Positions 16,156 to 25,390 are shown, counted from the stretch's first letter. The stretch is DNA of 32,000 bases from Zestosphaera tikiterensis (GCA_003056265.1 NBVN01000001.1:1-32000); one strand, 5' to 3'. Numbers and translations: made by a program. The notes: generated from the letters alone by a model not told the origin.

Positions 16156-18417
16156 TCACGTAAGTTTTATAGTGCCTAACTCTTCGAGGTTTTCAGCGTC
16201 AAACACTTTAATTAAGGTGTCTGACACCGTAAAAACTTCCTTACCTATGTATATCGTCCTTAAAGCGCCGTCATGACTTAAAAAGCTCTTCACTTTAAGT
16301 ACGTCGTTAGCGTAGGATATCGCTAGAACACCGCTTAAGTACCCCTTATATGCGTAACCCTGTATCGGGACGTAGAAGGTTAGGTAGTCGGGGTCTAAAG
16401 TGAATGCGTGATGATCTCCGAATATTGGGCTGTAGCTATCCGCTAGCTTAACCTCCGAGATAACGCTCATTTTAGTCGGGTCTGAAACGTTGAAGAGGGA
16501 TATCTTAACGCCGTGGCTTTCTGTGTCAACACCCACACCTAACAGCCTATCTTCGCTTAGCGGATGTAGGTATTCGCTAAACCCAGGTATTTTAAGATAT
16601 CCAAGAACCTCAGGTTTTTCAGGGTTCTTTAAATCTATCGCGAAGAGAGGGTCTACCTGCCTGAAAGTAACTAGGAAGAGCACGTTCTTAACGAGCCTAG
16701 CTGCGTAGATCCTCTCACCAGGCGCTAAACCTACTAACGCCCCAACCACTTTAAGGTCGTTTAAACCCACTATAAACACGTTATTCTGGGTTTCGCTAAC
16801 GGGTACTATATAAGCGTTGATCCAGAACTTAAGGGTTTTATCGACGTTAACGCTTTCCTCAGGACCGCCCACCTTAACAGTTCTCGTAACGCAGGTATTG
16901 CCTGAACACTCCACTATAACCGCTTCCGTAGCTTTACGCGGTGATTCCACCGCAGGTAACTCAACAACCTCAGCCTTAATTACCATGTTGGAGGAGGTCG
17001 TCGCTACTACGAAGTAGTCCCCCATCTCCTCCATGGCGAATTGATCTAGTAGCCGGCCTTCGACGTTGAAGCTACCTACGTAGGTTATTTCAGATCCTTT
17101 AACGCTGAAGAGGTGGAACCGCGTTGATTGTTTGAACTTAATGGATTCTAACTCCTTACTTAACGCTTCCTTAACTCCCTTCAAATCCGCTGGGTTTAAA
17201 GCACTTAAGTATTTGTTAACGACTTCATAGCATTTGGTTAGGTTGCCCTCATTTAAAGCTTGATTTAACTCCTTACTTAAGTCCTCAGGCATGTACTTAA
17301 TTAAGACTTTAAGTACTTCAACGTAGGGGCGTATGTAGCTTAAGTCCTCACCAGTAGCTATGTAAAGCCTCTCAGGAGTCATATACATCCAACTACTCGA
17401 TCCGGTCATGAACGAATAGGCGGAAACCTTCAACGCGGTTAAATCCAACACGACTATGTTTGTATAGGTGTCCGGCAGCGGGTCAGCCACGCCTATGCTC
17501 TGCGGGGGTATTGGAGCGCCGTTAACTAAAGGTATGTCTGCCCCAACTATCGGTTGCCTCACGACTAAATAGACGTAGTTTCCAACTAGTCTAGCGCTTA
17601 ACACGGAACCCGTGACTGAATACGTTGAGAGTTGCTTCGGTTTTGAAGGGTCTTTCAAGTCGTAAACGATTACTGTAGTGTTAGGGATTCCCGCAGACAC
17701 GCCTAAACATCTGCAACTTACTGCTACGTCGATTTTAATGGGTATGTAAACCACGTTTTCAACTATGACTACTAGTTTATCAGACGTTAGGAAAACCCCT
17801 CTAACGCTGTATCCAGTAACCCCATCAACGCTCGGTTGAATCACGCTTAAAACCTTCCTTTCCGAAGGACTTACGACGAAAACTCTATCCAAGGACGTAG
17901 TAGCTATTAAAACACCGTTTGTTTTAACTATATCTAACTCATCAACGCCGGCGACCTGAACGTTCGTAGTTGATGCTCTAGTGGACTCAGTGACTGCGGC
18001 CTTAGGGCTTACTGAAGCTACTGCTACGGTCGCCGTGGGGGTAACGACGACTGCCGGAAGCGCTACAGGTACAGACGTTCCAGCCCGAAGTGATGATAGG
18101 AGGACCTCACTAAGGTAGTATCGCTTACCAAACAACGTATTATATGATTGCTGTAGGTTGATATTCCTCATTAGGAAGTTTGCTAGTTCTTCATAAGACT
18201 TAAACGTTGTAACGCCTGCTAAACCGGTGGAGGTTTCGCTAGGTGTTTCCTTAATAGATATTACTTTACCTTCCGGAAGTGCTGAGGTGTAGGTTACCAC
18301 ACTAACTGTGTTTTGCGGGAAGTACGTACTTATTATTAAAGGTATGGCTGAACCTAATACTAAAGCCGTTAAAGCCAACGCTATATATATCGATCTACTC
18401 ACTCTACTCACCTTCAA
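16156..18417 (-). CDS. Secreted or membrane-anchored beta-propeller domain protein (PF09826-like)
   Basis: 753 aa. N-terminal signal anchor (SIYIALALTALVLGSAI). TNVQVAGVDELDIVKTNG resembles the hallmark VDE-D-VKTDG motif of the beta_propel family. TTG start; GTG alternatives lie 2 and 5 codons in. Confidence 0.72.
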   Translation of the reverse strand: MKVSRVSRSIYIALALTALVLGSAIPLIISTYFPQNTVSVVTYTSALPEGKVISIKETPSETSTGLAGVTTFKSYEELANFLMRNINLQQSYNTLFGKRYYLSEVLLSSLRAGTSVPVALPAVVVTPTATVAVASVSPKAAVTESTRASTTNVQVAGVDELDIVKTNGVLIATTSLDRVFVVSPSERKVLSVIQPSVDGVTGYSVRGVFLTSDKLVVIVENVVYIPIKIDVAVSCRCLGVSAGIPNTTVIVYDLKDPSKPKQLSTYSVTGSVLSARLVGNYVYLVVRQPIVGADIPLVNGAPIPPQSIGVADPLPDTYTNIVVLDLTALKVSAYSFMTGSSSWMYMTPERLYIATGEDLSYIRPYVEVLKVLIKYMPEDLSKELNQALNEGNLTKCYEVVNKYLSALNPADLKGVKEALSKELESIKFKQSTRFHLFSVKGSEITYVGSFNVEGRLLDQFAMEEMGDYFVVATTSSNMVIKAEVVELPAVESPRKATEAVIVECSGNTCVTRTVKVGGPEESVNVDKTLKFWINAYIVPVSETQNNVFIVGLNDLKVVGALVGLAPGERIYAARLVKNVLFLVTFRQVDPLFAIDLKNPEKPEVLGYLKIPGFSEYLHPLSEDRLLGVGVDTESHGVKISLFNVSDPTKMSVISEVKLADSYSPIFGDHHAFTLDPDYLTFYVPIQGYAYKGYLSGVLAISYANDVLKVKSFLSHDGALRTIYIGKEVFTVSDTLIKVFDAENLEELGTIKLT

Positions 18418-18535
18418 ATTTTCTAGCGTTAGGGTTTGTTAAAACTCTAAGCGTTGAACAGCTACTGTTCGAAGTTTTGAACGTTTAAACCGTTTTAAGG
18501 AATTAACGAGATACTTAGATAGAGTTGATGATGTA

Positions 18536-18946
18536 GTGGCTGGGGAGGAACTCAGTAAAACATCGCTTAAGATATACGTGTATTTACTGAGTTCAAGCAG
18601 CCCTCAAGGCGTTAGGGAGATTGCTAGAGCTTTAAACCTTCCGGTAAGTACGGCACACTACCACGTAAAGAAACTTATGGAGTTAGGTCTTATAAAGGAG
18701 GAGTCTGACGGCTATAGAGTCTCGAAGGTTGTAGGTCTCGAAGGGTTTTTAGTTATAGGTAGGAAGTTAGTCCCTAGGTTTACGGTGTATGCTATGTTCT
18801 TCGCCGGCGTTTTAATCGGTGAGTTAGCGTTAGTAATGAGTAGGGGCTTAACCCCAGACGGCTTAATAGCTTTGATAGTTTCCCTAACGGCGTTCGCGCT
18901 GTTTTTTATTGAGGGGATGATGGTTAAGTCTAAACTCCTTAGGTAG
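18536..18946 (+). CDS. Winged-helix (ArsR/TrmB-like) transcription regulator fused to two C-terminal TM helices
   Basis: IYVYLLSSSSPQGVREIARALNLPVSTAHYHVKKLMELGLIKE is a classic wHTH. The C-terminal half contains two hydrophobic helices. GTG start. Confidence 0.7.
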   Translation: MAGEELSKTSLKIYVYLLSSSSPQGVREIARALNLPVSTAHYHVKKLMELGLIKEESDGYRVSKVVGLEGFLVIGRKLVPRFTVYAMFFAGVLIGELALVMSRGLTPDGLIALIVSLTAFALFFIEGMMVKSKLLR

Positions 18947-18961
18947 TGTGTAGTTAACTCA

Positions 18962-19375
18962 CTACTCACCTAAAACCTCAACGACAACCGTTCTCTCCAT
19001 TCTCGGGCCGTCCAACTCCAGCAGGAATATGTTCTGCCAGACACCCCTCACCAACTTGCCGTTACGTATCGGTAGTGCTTTATCACTACCTAGCAATACA
19101 GACCCTATATGGGCGTGAGCGTTATCGTCTATTAAGTTATGTTTCCAACTCCTCTCAGGTTCCGTAAGTTCCTTAACCTTAGTCAGTATGTCTTGAATTA
19201 ACCCCGACTCACGCTCGTTCATGATTATAGCTGCCGTAGCGTGAGGAGCGAAGATAAGGCAGACCCCATTAACTACACCGCTTTCCTTAACTATCTCCTC
19301 AACCTGACGTGTTATATCTACGAGTTGTAGCTTTTCAGTAGTGCTTAACTTTAACTCACGGAAGTATACCTTCAC
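18962..19375 (-). CDS. YjbQ/UPF0047 family protein (secondary thiamine-phosphate synthase-like)
   Basis: 137 aa. LVDITRQVEEIV...NGVCLIFAPHATAAIIMNE...WKHNLIDDNAHAHIGSVLLG matches the family pattern. GTG start. Confidence 0.88.
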   Translation of the reverse strand: MKVYFRELKLSTTEKLQLVDITRQVEEIVKESGVVNGVCLIFAPHATAAIIMNERESGLIQDILTKVKELTEPERSWKHNLIDDNAHAHIGSVLLGSDKALPIRNGKLVRGVWQNIFLLELDGPRMERTVVVEVLGE

Positions 19376-19393
19376 CTCACATCCACCGAGGAG

Positions 19394-19402
19394 TATTTTT
19401 AA
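19394..19402 (-). promoter_or_regulatory. TATA-like box for the yjbQ-like gene (leaderless)
   Basis: Minus strand TTAAAAATA is centred about 23 nt upstream of GTG 19375. Confidence 0.45.
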
Positions 19403-19439
19403 CTCGAAGGTAATTTCGTTTACTTCCGATGCTTTACAA

Positions 19440-19526
19440 TGGTGTTAAGCCCGTAACTCCCCACCAGAGGGGTATCGCCCGAGACCCGACAGTGAAACCC
19501 TGCCCTTCAAGGCGGGGAGAGGGTCA
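19440..19526. ncRNA. Candidate structured RNA or other GC-rich element (unassigned)
   Basis: About 63% G+C by my hand count, next to AT-rich promoter sequence. Adjacent hairpins: GTTA/TAAC (19444-19457), CCCC/GGGG (19459-19472), CCCTGCC/GGCGGGG (19498-19517). No tRNA, C/D-box or H/ACA signature found. Strand unknown. Confidence 0.25.
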
Positions 19527-20885
19527 TTACCAGCCCTTAACTTTATCTAGTACGTCATCTTTAACGAGTCCTTCCTCAACGTCGTTTATGGCTTTCTCGA
19601 GGACGTTCAACCCTTCATCGAGTGTTTCCTTCTCTATAGTTAGTGGTGGTTGCACTCTTAAGACGTTGCCGCTGACGAAGAATATTATGAGGCCGAGTTC
19701 GTAAGCTCTCCAAACAACTTTCTTAGCTTCTAAGTAAGCCCTTTCTTTAGTTTCCCTATCCTTAACTAGATCGATGCCTATCATTAGGCCCTTCCCTCTA
19801 ACGTCGCCGATGAGTTGATGTGCTTCAGCTATTTTCTTTAACCTCCACATCGTATAGTTACCTAATTCCTCAGCCCTTCTTAGGAGGTTATTCTCTTCAA
19901 TGAATTCAATCACAGCTAAAGCAGCTTTAGAAGCTACTGGGTTGCCGGATAACGTAAACGAATAGGATAGGTCGGGTAAGGAGTTCATTATCTCCTCATT
20001 ACCGACTATAGCTGATATGGGGAGGCCGCCCCCTAAAGCCTTACCTAACGTCACAACGTTAGGTCTTACCCCGAAATGCTCTATAGCAAACCACTTACCG
20101 GTTCTCCCCACACCGCTTTGAACCTCATCCACGATTAAAGGTATCCCCGCCCTCCTTAAGTAAGGCTCTAAAAGCTTGAAGTAATTCTCCGGAGGTACTA
20201 CGAAGCCGGCATCGCCTTGAATGGCTTCAGTTATTAAGGCGTATACGTCATCACCTAACACGTCGATCTTCTCCTTAACTTTCTCAACACATGCGTACCC
20301 GCAGGTTTTAGGGTTAAGGCCTAAAGGACATCTAAAACAGTCTGGAAACGGTAGGAACGTAACCCTACCCCAAGCACTTAACGTTTTAGAGACCTCCCTA
20401 TACATGCCTATTCCGGAGGCTGTTATCCCAGCAACGCAACACCCGTGGTAACTACCTTCGTAACTTAGTAGGTGATTAGCCCGCTTCCTAAAAGCCTTAG
20501 CCAGTATTAAAGCACCTTCGTTAGCGTCACTACCGCTAAGCCCTAAAGCTACTTTAGCTCTATCGACGGGAGCTATGCTGACGAGTTTCTCACCTAATTC
20601 TAAAGCCGGTATGTTGAAAGCGTATATATGTGTGAAGTGAAGTAAGTTCTCAACCTGTGCCTTAACAGCTTCAACGACTTTAACGTTGTTATACCCTACG
20701 TTAACCACCGCAGCGCTTGAGGAGAAGTCTATATACCCCCTACCGTTGACGTCCCACACTTTAGCGTTTAAAGCTCTCTCAGCAACTATAGGTACGTAAT
20801 CCACGCGTGAAACACTTGCGAAAACCTTCCTATACCTGCTGATTATATCCTCGACTCGATTACAGCAGCTTAAAGGTTTAAACAC
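19527..20885 (-). CDS. Class-III PLP-dependent aminotransferase (acetylornithine/GABA/LysJ-type)
   Basis: [14 protein letters not shown] and [11 protein letters not shown] (Schiff-base Lys context), 452 aa, GTG start. Confidence 0.9.
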   Translation of the reverse strand: MFKPLSCCNRVEDIISRYRKVFASVSRVDYVPIVAERALNAKVWDVNGRGYIDFSSSAAVVNVGYNNVKVVEAVKAQVENLLHFTHIYAFNIPALELGEKLVSIAPVDRAKVALGLSGSDANEGALILAKAFRKRANHLLSYEGSYHGCCVAGITASGIGMYREVSKTLSAWGRVTFLPFPDCFRCPLGLNPKTCGYACVEKVKEKIDVLGDDVYALITEAIQGDAGFVVPPENYFKLLEPYLRRAGIPLIVDEVQSGVGRTGKWFAIEHFGVRPNVVTLGKALGGGLPISAIVGNEEIMNSLPDLSYSFTLSGNPVASKAALAVIEFIEENNLLRRAEELGNYTMWRLKKIAEAHQLIGDVRGKGLMIGIDLVKDRETKERAYLEAKKVVWRAYELGLIIFFVSGNVLRVQPPLTIEKETLDEGLNVLEKAINDVEEGLVKDDVLDKVKGW

Positions 20886-21021
20886 AAGTACACCTCAAGA
20901 ATTAAATGGCGGCATGTAAATTAAGTATAACGTGACTAACCTATGAGGTAGATCCAGCATCCTTCAAACCTTAAACAGCTATTTATCTTTACTTCATCAT
21001 CTATATTATTGGGTGTTGTGT

Positions 21022-21726
21022 TTGAAGGTTTTAATTACGGGAGCTTCCTCCGGAATAGGTAGGTCGTTAGTTTTTGAATTCTGCCGTGAGGAAGGCAACG
21101 TAGTTTTAGGTGTTGGACGCAATGAGGAGTCCTTAAAGAAGATTAAATCTGAGTTCACGGGATGTTTTGAATACGTTAAAGCCGATTTAAGCGATGTTAA
21201 GAACGTGGACTACGTAGTTCAAGCCGCTAAGAACTTATTAGGTAACGTTGACGTCTTAATTAACAACGCAGGTTTCGGCATCTATAAAGAAGTGGTGAAT
21301 CATAGCGTTGAAGAAGTGCTTAACTTAACGATGGTTAACTTCGTAACGCCTATAGCCTTAATAATCAAGGCACTTCCGCTGATGCGTTCGGGCTCAACAG
21401 TAGTTAATGTAATCACCGCCGGCGTGCATGTATTAATGAGTAAACTACCTATTTACGGAGCTTCTAAAGCAGCTCTTCACTACGCTACTGAAGCTTTAAG
21501 AAATGAGTTAAGTAAACAGGGAATCAACGTCATCTCGGTTTATCCGGGCTACATAAGTACCGAATTCCATACGAGGGCTGGAGTTAAAGAACCTCAAAAA
21601 GGTGCTTCACCAGATGAAGTAGCTAAAGCTATAATTAAGGCATTGAAGAAAAGAAAGAAACGTGTTTACGTACCTGCGTATGTTAACTTAGCTAGAGTCT
21701 TCGGCCCTCACCTGGTAAAGATTTAA
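21022..21726 (+). CDS. Short-chain dehydrogenase/reductase (SDR)
   Basis: Motifs ITGASSGIGR (TGxxxGxG), NNAG and YGASKAAL (YxxxK). I prefer TTG 21022, giving (M)KVLITGASSGIG. GTG 21013 from the ORF track is also possible. Confidence 0.9.
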   Translation: MKVLITGASSGIGRSLVFEFCREEGNVVLGVGRNEESLKKIKSEFTGCFEYVKADLSDVKNVDYVVQAAKNLLGNVDVLINNAGFGIYKEVVNHSVEEVLNLTMVNFVTPIALIIKALPLMRSGSTVVNVITAGVHVLMSKLPIYGASKAALHYATEALRNELSKQGINVISVYPGYISTEFHTRAGVKEPQKGASPDEVAKAIIKALKKRKKRVYVPAYVNLARVFGPHLVKI

Positions 21727-21848
21727 AACCATACTTAAGTATGTCTTTAAGATACTACCTTCATATATGTTACTAAATGGAAGTAGCTCTTGAATTTAAA
21801 TGAAGAAGAACGTGATGTAACTCAAAACCATCAAAACATCATGTTAAG

Positions 21849-21859
21849 AAATTTATAAG
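21849..21859 (+). promoter_or_regulatory. TATA-like box for the CDF transporter gene (leaderless)
   Basis: AAATTTATAAG is centred about 25 nt upstream of ATG 21880. Confidence 0.5.
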
Positions 21860-21879
21860 TTCTACCATCCCCACCATAA

Positions 21880-22803
21880 ATGGAGAGGTTTTCAGTTATG
21901 GGTAACTCCGTTAATAGGAGAAGGGCAGGGCTTCTCGAAGGGTCTGTGTCTATAGTCGTTAACCTACTTCTGTTTATTGTTAAGTATGTAGTTGGCGTTC
22001 GCTATAACTCCATCGCGGTTGTCGCTGATTCTATACACACGCTTTCGGATTCGTTGACTTCCGCTGTAGTTATAGTTAGTTTTTTAGTGGCTTATAAGCC
22101 AGCTGATAAGGAACACCCCTTCGGTCATGGTAGGGCTGAGCAGATTGGAGCTATCGTAATAGGTACTTTACTGGCTGTCGTAGGTTTTGAGTTCCTAACT
22201 AGGAGTTACGAGAAGTTAGTTAGCTTTGAGTCTATGGAGTTCACCTGGGCTATAGTTGCCGTTATGCTTGCCTCAGCTGTGGTTAAGGAGGTTATGGCTA
22301 GGTGGTCTATAAAATTAGGTCGTGAGCATGAATCGCAGTCTTTAATAGGTGATGCTTGGCATCATCGAAGCGATGCGATAGCTTCAGCTTTAGTAGCTTT
22401 CGGCGCGGTACTTGGAGCTACGTATTGGTGGGTTGACGGAGTTTTAGGTATTGCGGTATCGGTGTTGATAATGGTTACAGCGGCTGAGGTAATCATAGAA
22501 ACCTCTAAGGATTTACTCGGTTACGCACCGTCTAAAGATGACGTGGATAGAATTACACGTGAGGTTAAGGAAGTCTCGCAGAGCGCTGTTGACGTTCACC
22601 ATATACACATACATAAATACGGGGATCACGTAGAGGCAACCCTCCATATTAGATTACCTCCGGATATGAGCGTTAGTGAAGCGCATGAGATAGCTTCAAA
22701 GATTGAGGGAAGGCTTAAAGATAAGTTCGGTTGGGATGCGACAGTTCACGTAGAACCTCTAAAAGAGGATATACCCAAAGATAGGAAGGAGAAACATAGT
22801 TGA
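21880..22803 (+). CDS. Cation diffusion facilitator (CDF) family metal efflux transporter
   Basis: Six TM helices. HxxxD metal-site motifs occur in two helices (SIHTLSDS and AWHHRSDA). The C-terminal cytoplasmic domain contains VHHIHIH...HVE. Confidence 0.9.
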   Translation: MERFSVMGNSVNRRRAGLLEGSVSIVVNLLLFIVKYVVGVRYNSIAVVADSIHTLSDSLTSAVVIVSFLVAYKPADKEHPFGHGRAEQIGAIVIGTLLAVVGFEFLTRSYEKLVSFESMEFTWAIVAVMLASAVVKEVMARWSIKLGREHESQSLIGDAWHHRSDAIASALVAFGAVLGATYWWVDGVLGIAVSVLIMVTAAEVIIETSKDLLGYAPSKDDVDRITREVKEVSQSAVDVHHIHIHKYGDHVEATLHIRLPPDMSVSEAHEIASKIEGRLKDKFGWDATVHVEPLKEDIPKDRKEKHS

Positions 22804-22851
22804 TTTTATTAACCGTTCGCTCGAATCATGCCTTCATGTATTTGGATCCGG

Positions 22852-22997
22852 CACGGTTGAGTTCATCAAGGCTTTCCATCCCCTAACCCCCACCTACGGG
22901 AGTTCATCCGCTTTAGTTACCTGAAGCTTCATCGAACTCCCTACGGCGAAAGGCGGTTCACCAAACAGTCCCTTTCACCCAGATCACAGAGTTCATC
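22852..22997. repeat. Dispersed, degenerate repeat array with a GAGTTCATC core
   Basis: Exact GAGTTCATC at 22859-22867, 22900-22908 and 22989-22997. Variants AGCTTCATC (22925-22933) and CGGTTCACC (22954-22962). Several copies are preceded by (CT)ACGG. An 8-bp inverted repeat GGGAGTTC (22898-22905) / GAACTCCC (22934-22941) is also present. Confidence 0.4.
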
Positions 22998-23181
22998 CCA
23001 TACCGTTAATATATTTTATCCATAGAGAATTTATAAATATTTCTGCCCTTCTTATCGCTCTTTGATGCGTAGAAAAACATAGATTAATACAAAAAGCTAT
23101 AGGTTAATGTTTTTAGCCCCTCATATAACTTTTAAAGGTGTAGGTTACTTAAATCTGGTTGGTTGTTAGGTGCGGTAAGGG

Positions 23182-23871
23182 ATGCTAAGAGAGTTTAAAG
23201 TTGTTGATAAGGTTGACGTAGATCTTAAGGTAGTGAGGTTAACGTTTGAAAGGATTAACGCGGATTTAATTAAATTAACTATAGTTGATGAAAACGGGAT
23301 CCCAACTTCGTTAAACGTCAGTGCTGGAGTTGATGAAGTAGTTAGTTTAAAGCCCGTACCTCCGGCTGGCTTTAAAGTAAGCGTTGATAACTTAATGATT
23401 AAGTTCTCAGATGTCGTTACGTTACTACCTAAGAGAACAGCTTCCATAAGCCTTCGAATACCTGCTGACTTAGGTGTTTACGTCAACGGCGTTCAAATAT
23501 CTAAAGTGCCTTTAAGTAGGGTTAAATACGCGTTATACGGGCCTCCGGATCTAGGTGTTTTATGTAGGTTCGTAAGCGATGAGATCGTAGCTAAATCGTT
23601 GCCTCAAGCTTTAGGCGTTATTAAGTTGGTCGTTAGCAACGCTTATAAAGAATCCATTCGCGTAGGTAAGGTTGTCTTGCCTTTAGAGGGTTTAGGCATT
23701 TACGTAACTGAGGAAGACGCCATAGTGTTTAACTCTATCAACGTTAACGTATCCGACCCCAACTACGCTGAAGTAGTTACTGATGTGAATCCGTCTTTAA
23801 ATAACGTCGGCTTTAAACAATCTTTCGAAGGTCGTAGGGTTAGGTATGTAATGCTTTACGGTCTGGTATGA
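23182..23871 (+). CDS. Hypothetical beta-rich protein, co-transcribed with mscS (possibly DUF432-like)
   Basis: 229 aa. ATG preceded by AGGTG about 10 nt upstream. Ends 10 nt before the mscS-like gene. The family assignment is from memory and weak. Confidence 0.6.
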   Translation: MLREFKVVDKVDVDLKVVRLTFERINADLIKLTIVDENGIPTSLNVSAGVDEVVSLKPVPPAGFKVSVDNLMIKFSDVVTLLPKRTASISLRIPADLGVYVNGVQISKVPLSRVKYALYGPPDLGVLCRFVSDEIVAKSLPQALGVIKLVVSNAYKESIRVGKVVLPLEGLGIYVTEEDAIVFNSINVNVSDPNYAEVVTDVNPSLNNVGFKQSFEGRRVRYVMLYGLV

Positions 23872-23884
23872 GGTGGTTTAAGTG

Positions 23885-24706
23885 ATGAACACAGACTTAT
23901 GGGGTTATGTGGTTTCTTGGTTGGTTGAGAATTTAGGTTTTATGGTTAAGGTTGTTGAAGCTTTAATAGCTGTAGGTATTTCATATTATGTCGCTAGGTA
24001 TATCTCGTCACGTGTTGCTAAATTGAAGCTTAAAGCCCCTCCGGAGATAGTTTTCAACATCGCTAGAGCTGCTAAGTGGTTAATCGTCTTAGTCGGTGTT
24101 TTAATTGCTCTATCTATAATGGGTGTTGAGTTAGGGGGTTTACTCGTCGCTGCAGGCTTTACCGGTATAGTCGTCGGTCTGGCGCTACAGCAAACCTTAA
24201 GCCAGTTCTTCTCCGGCATCTCACTACTGCTTGAAGGTAGGGTTAAGGTAGGTGACGCTATAATGGTAGGTGATAGCGGGGGCGTTGTAGAGCATATCGG
24301 TTTAATGTCAACGCAGATAAGGATGTGGAGCGGTGAGGTCTTAACACTCCCGAATAATTACGTAGCCTCATCAAACATTAGGAACTTCACTAGATCCGTT
24401 GCTAGGAGGGTGGACTTCACAGTCGGCATTTCCTACGATTCAGACATAGATAAAGCGTTAAACGTCATTAAATCTGTGTTAGATAGGAATGAATTAATTT
24501 TAGCTGAACCGCCACCCACGCTTTTAGTGGATGCGTTAAGTGACAGCTCATTAGACATTAAAGTGATGTTTTGGGTGCCGGCACAGCACTTCTGGAGTGT
24601 GAGAAGCGATTCAATTAAAGAGATTAAAAAAGCGTTGGATAACGCCGGTATTGAAATACCGTTCCCGCAGAGGGTTGTTTGGCTCCGTCAAACTAAAACG
24701 CCTTAG
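23885..24706 (+). CDS. Small-conductance mechanosensitive channel (MscS family)
   Basis: Three N-terminal TM helices, then VKVGDAIMVGDSGGVVEHIGLMSTQIRMWSGEVLTLPNNYVASSNIRNFTR, the conserved MscS beta-domain pattern. ATG 23885 (GTG 23882 in the ORF track). Confidence 0.88.
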   Translation: MNTDLWGYVVSWLVENLGFMVKVVEALIAVGISYYVARYISSRVAKLKLKAPPEIVFNIARAAKWLIVLVGVLIALSIMGVELGGLLVAAGFTGIVVGLALQQTLSQFFSGISLLLEGRVKVGDAIMVGDSGGVVEHIGLMSTQIRMWSGEVLTLPNNYVASSNIRNFTRSVARRVDFTVGISYDSDIDKALNVIKSVLDRNELILAEPPPTLLVDALSDSSLDIKVMFWVPAQHFWSVRSDSIKEIKKALDNAGIEIPFPQRVVWLRQTKTP

Positions 24707-24780
24707 CTTAACACGTTAAAGAGATTATGTAAGCACATATTAACGTCTTCAACTATATTATGTTATGAGGGTATGTCAAC

Positions 24781-25359
24781 ATGGTAACTTTAAGAGAAGC
24801 TAAATTAATGGGCGGCATAGGATCTATATTGATTCTACTACCTCTAGTGCCTTACGTGGGGTTAACATTGACTATAGTTGGCTTGGTTTTAATAGCTATA
24901 GCTGTTAACCACATATCGAAAGCTGTGAATAACCCATCGATATTTAGGGATTTCTTGATAGGGTTTATATTATCCGTTATCGGTATATTCGTAGCTTTTG
25001 CCGCAGGCTTAGCTACCTTCGCAATTGCATTCATCAGACACACTTCCGTGCCAGGTCCTATGATGGGTAACGTGGCCTCAATTTTAGCGGGTGTTATAGT
25101 GTTTCTAGTGGTTTTATGGGTTCTTATGGTATTATCGGCTGTATTCATACGAAGGAGCTATTCTGAAATAGCTAAAGCTTTGAAAGTAGGTATGTTCTCC
25201 ACAGTCGGGCTTCTCTACTTAATAGGTGCGGCAACGTTAATCATCGTCGTAGGCATTATAGTGTTGTTAATAGCGTTTATACTGCAGATAGTAGCGTTCT
25301 TTGAAATACCTGATGAACTACCTAAGCAACAGCCAATCCAACCTCAATCGCTGGTGTAG
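24781..25359 (+). CDS. Integral membrane protein (DUF996-like)
   Basis: 192 aa, about 5 TM helices. The N-terminal AKLMGGIGSILILLPLVPYVG resembles archaeal DUF996 proteins (memory only). Confidence 0.65.
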   Translation: MVTLREAKLMGGIGSILILLPLVPYVGLTLTIVGLVLIAIAVNHISKAVNNPSIFRDFLIGFILSVIGIFVAFAAGLATFAIAFIRHTSVPGPMMGNVASILAGVIVFLVVLWVLMVLSAVFIRRSYSEIAKALKVGMFSTVGLLYLIGAATLIIVVGIIVLLIAFILQIVAFFEIPDELPKQQPIQPQSLV

Positions 25360-25379
25360 TTGTAATACGTAAGCGTAAG

Positions 25380-25390
25380 TTTTTACTTTT
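25380..25390 (+). terminator. Oligo-T terminator candidate
   Basis: TTTTTACTTTT lies about 20 nt after the stop at 25357-25359. Confidence 0.3.

Noticed and set aside
18394-18411. Perfect 9-nt tandem duplication (minus strand GTGAGTAGA x2, encoding VSR-VSR) at the 5' end of the beta-propeller gene
   Set aside because: It is real in the sequence but in frame. It lies in the pre-TM N-terminal tail where length variation is neutral, and is most simply a slippage duplication. It only adds ambiguity among the TTG/GTG start choices.
19440-19526. tRNA or split-tRNA half in the GC-rich block
   Set aside because: I tried both strands. There is no T-loop (GTTCRA) and no U33-containing anticodon loop. 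The CCCC/GGGG hairpin loop is too short and lacks the D-loop GG in the right context. Acceptor pairing is absent.
21730-21743. 14-nt perfect palindrome CATACTTAAGTATG, 4 nt after the SDR stop codon
   Set aside because: It has no loop, so it is a poor RNA hairpin, and it is AT-rich. It contains a common AT-rich hexamer palindrome (CTTAAG). No second copy or partner site occurs in the window, so there is insufficient evidence for a terminator or operator.
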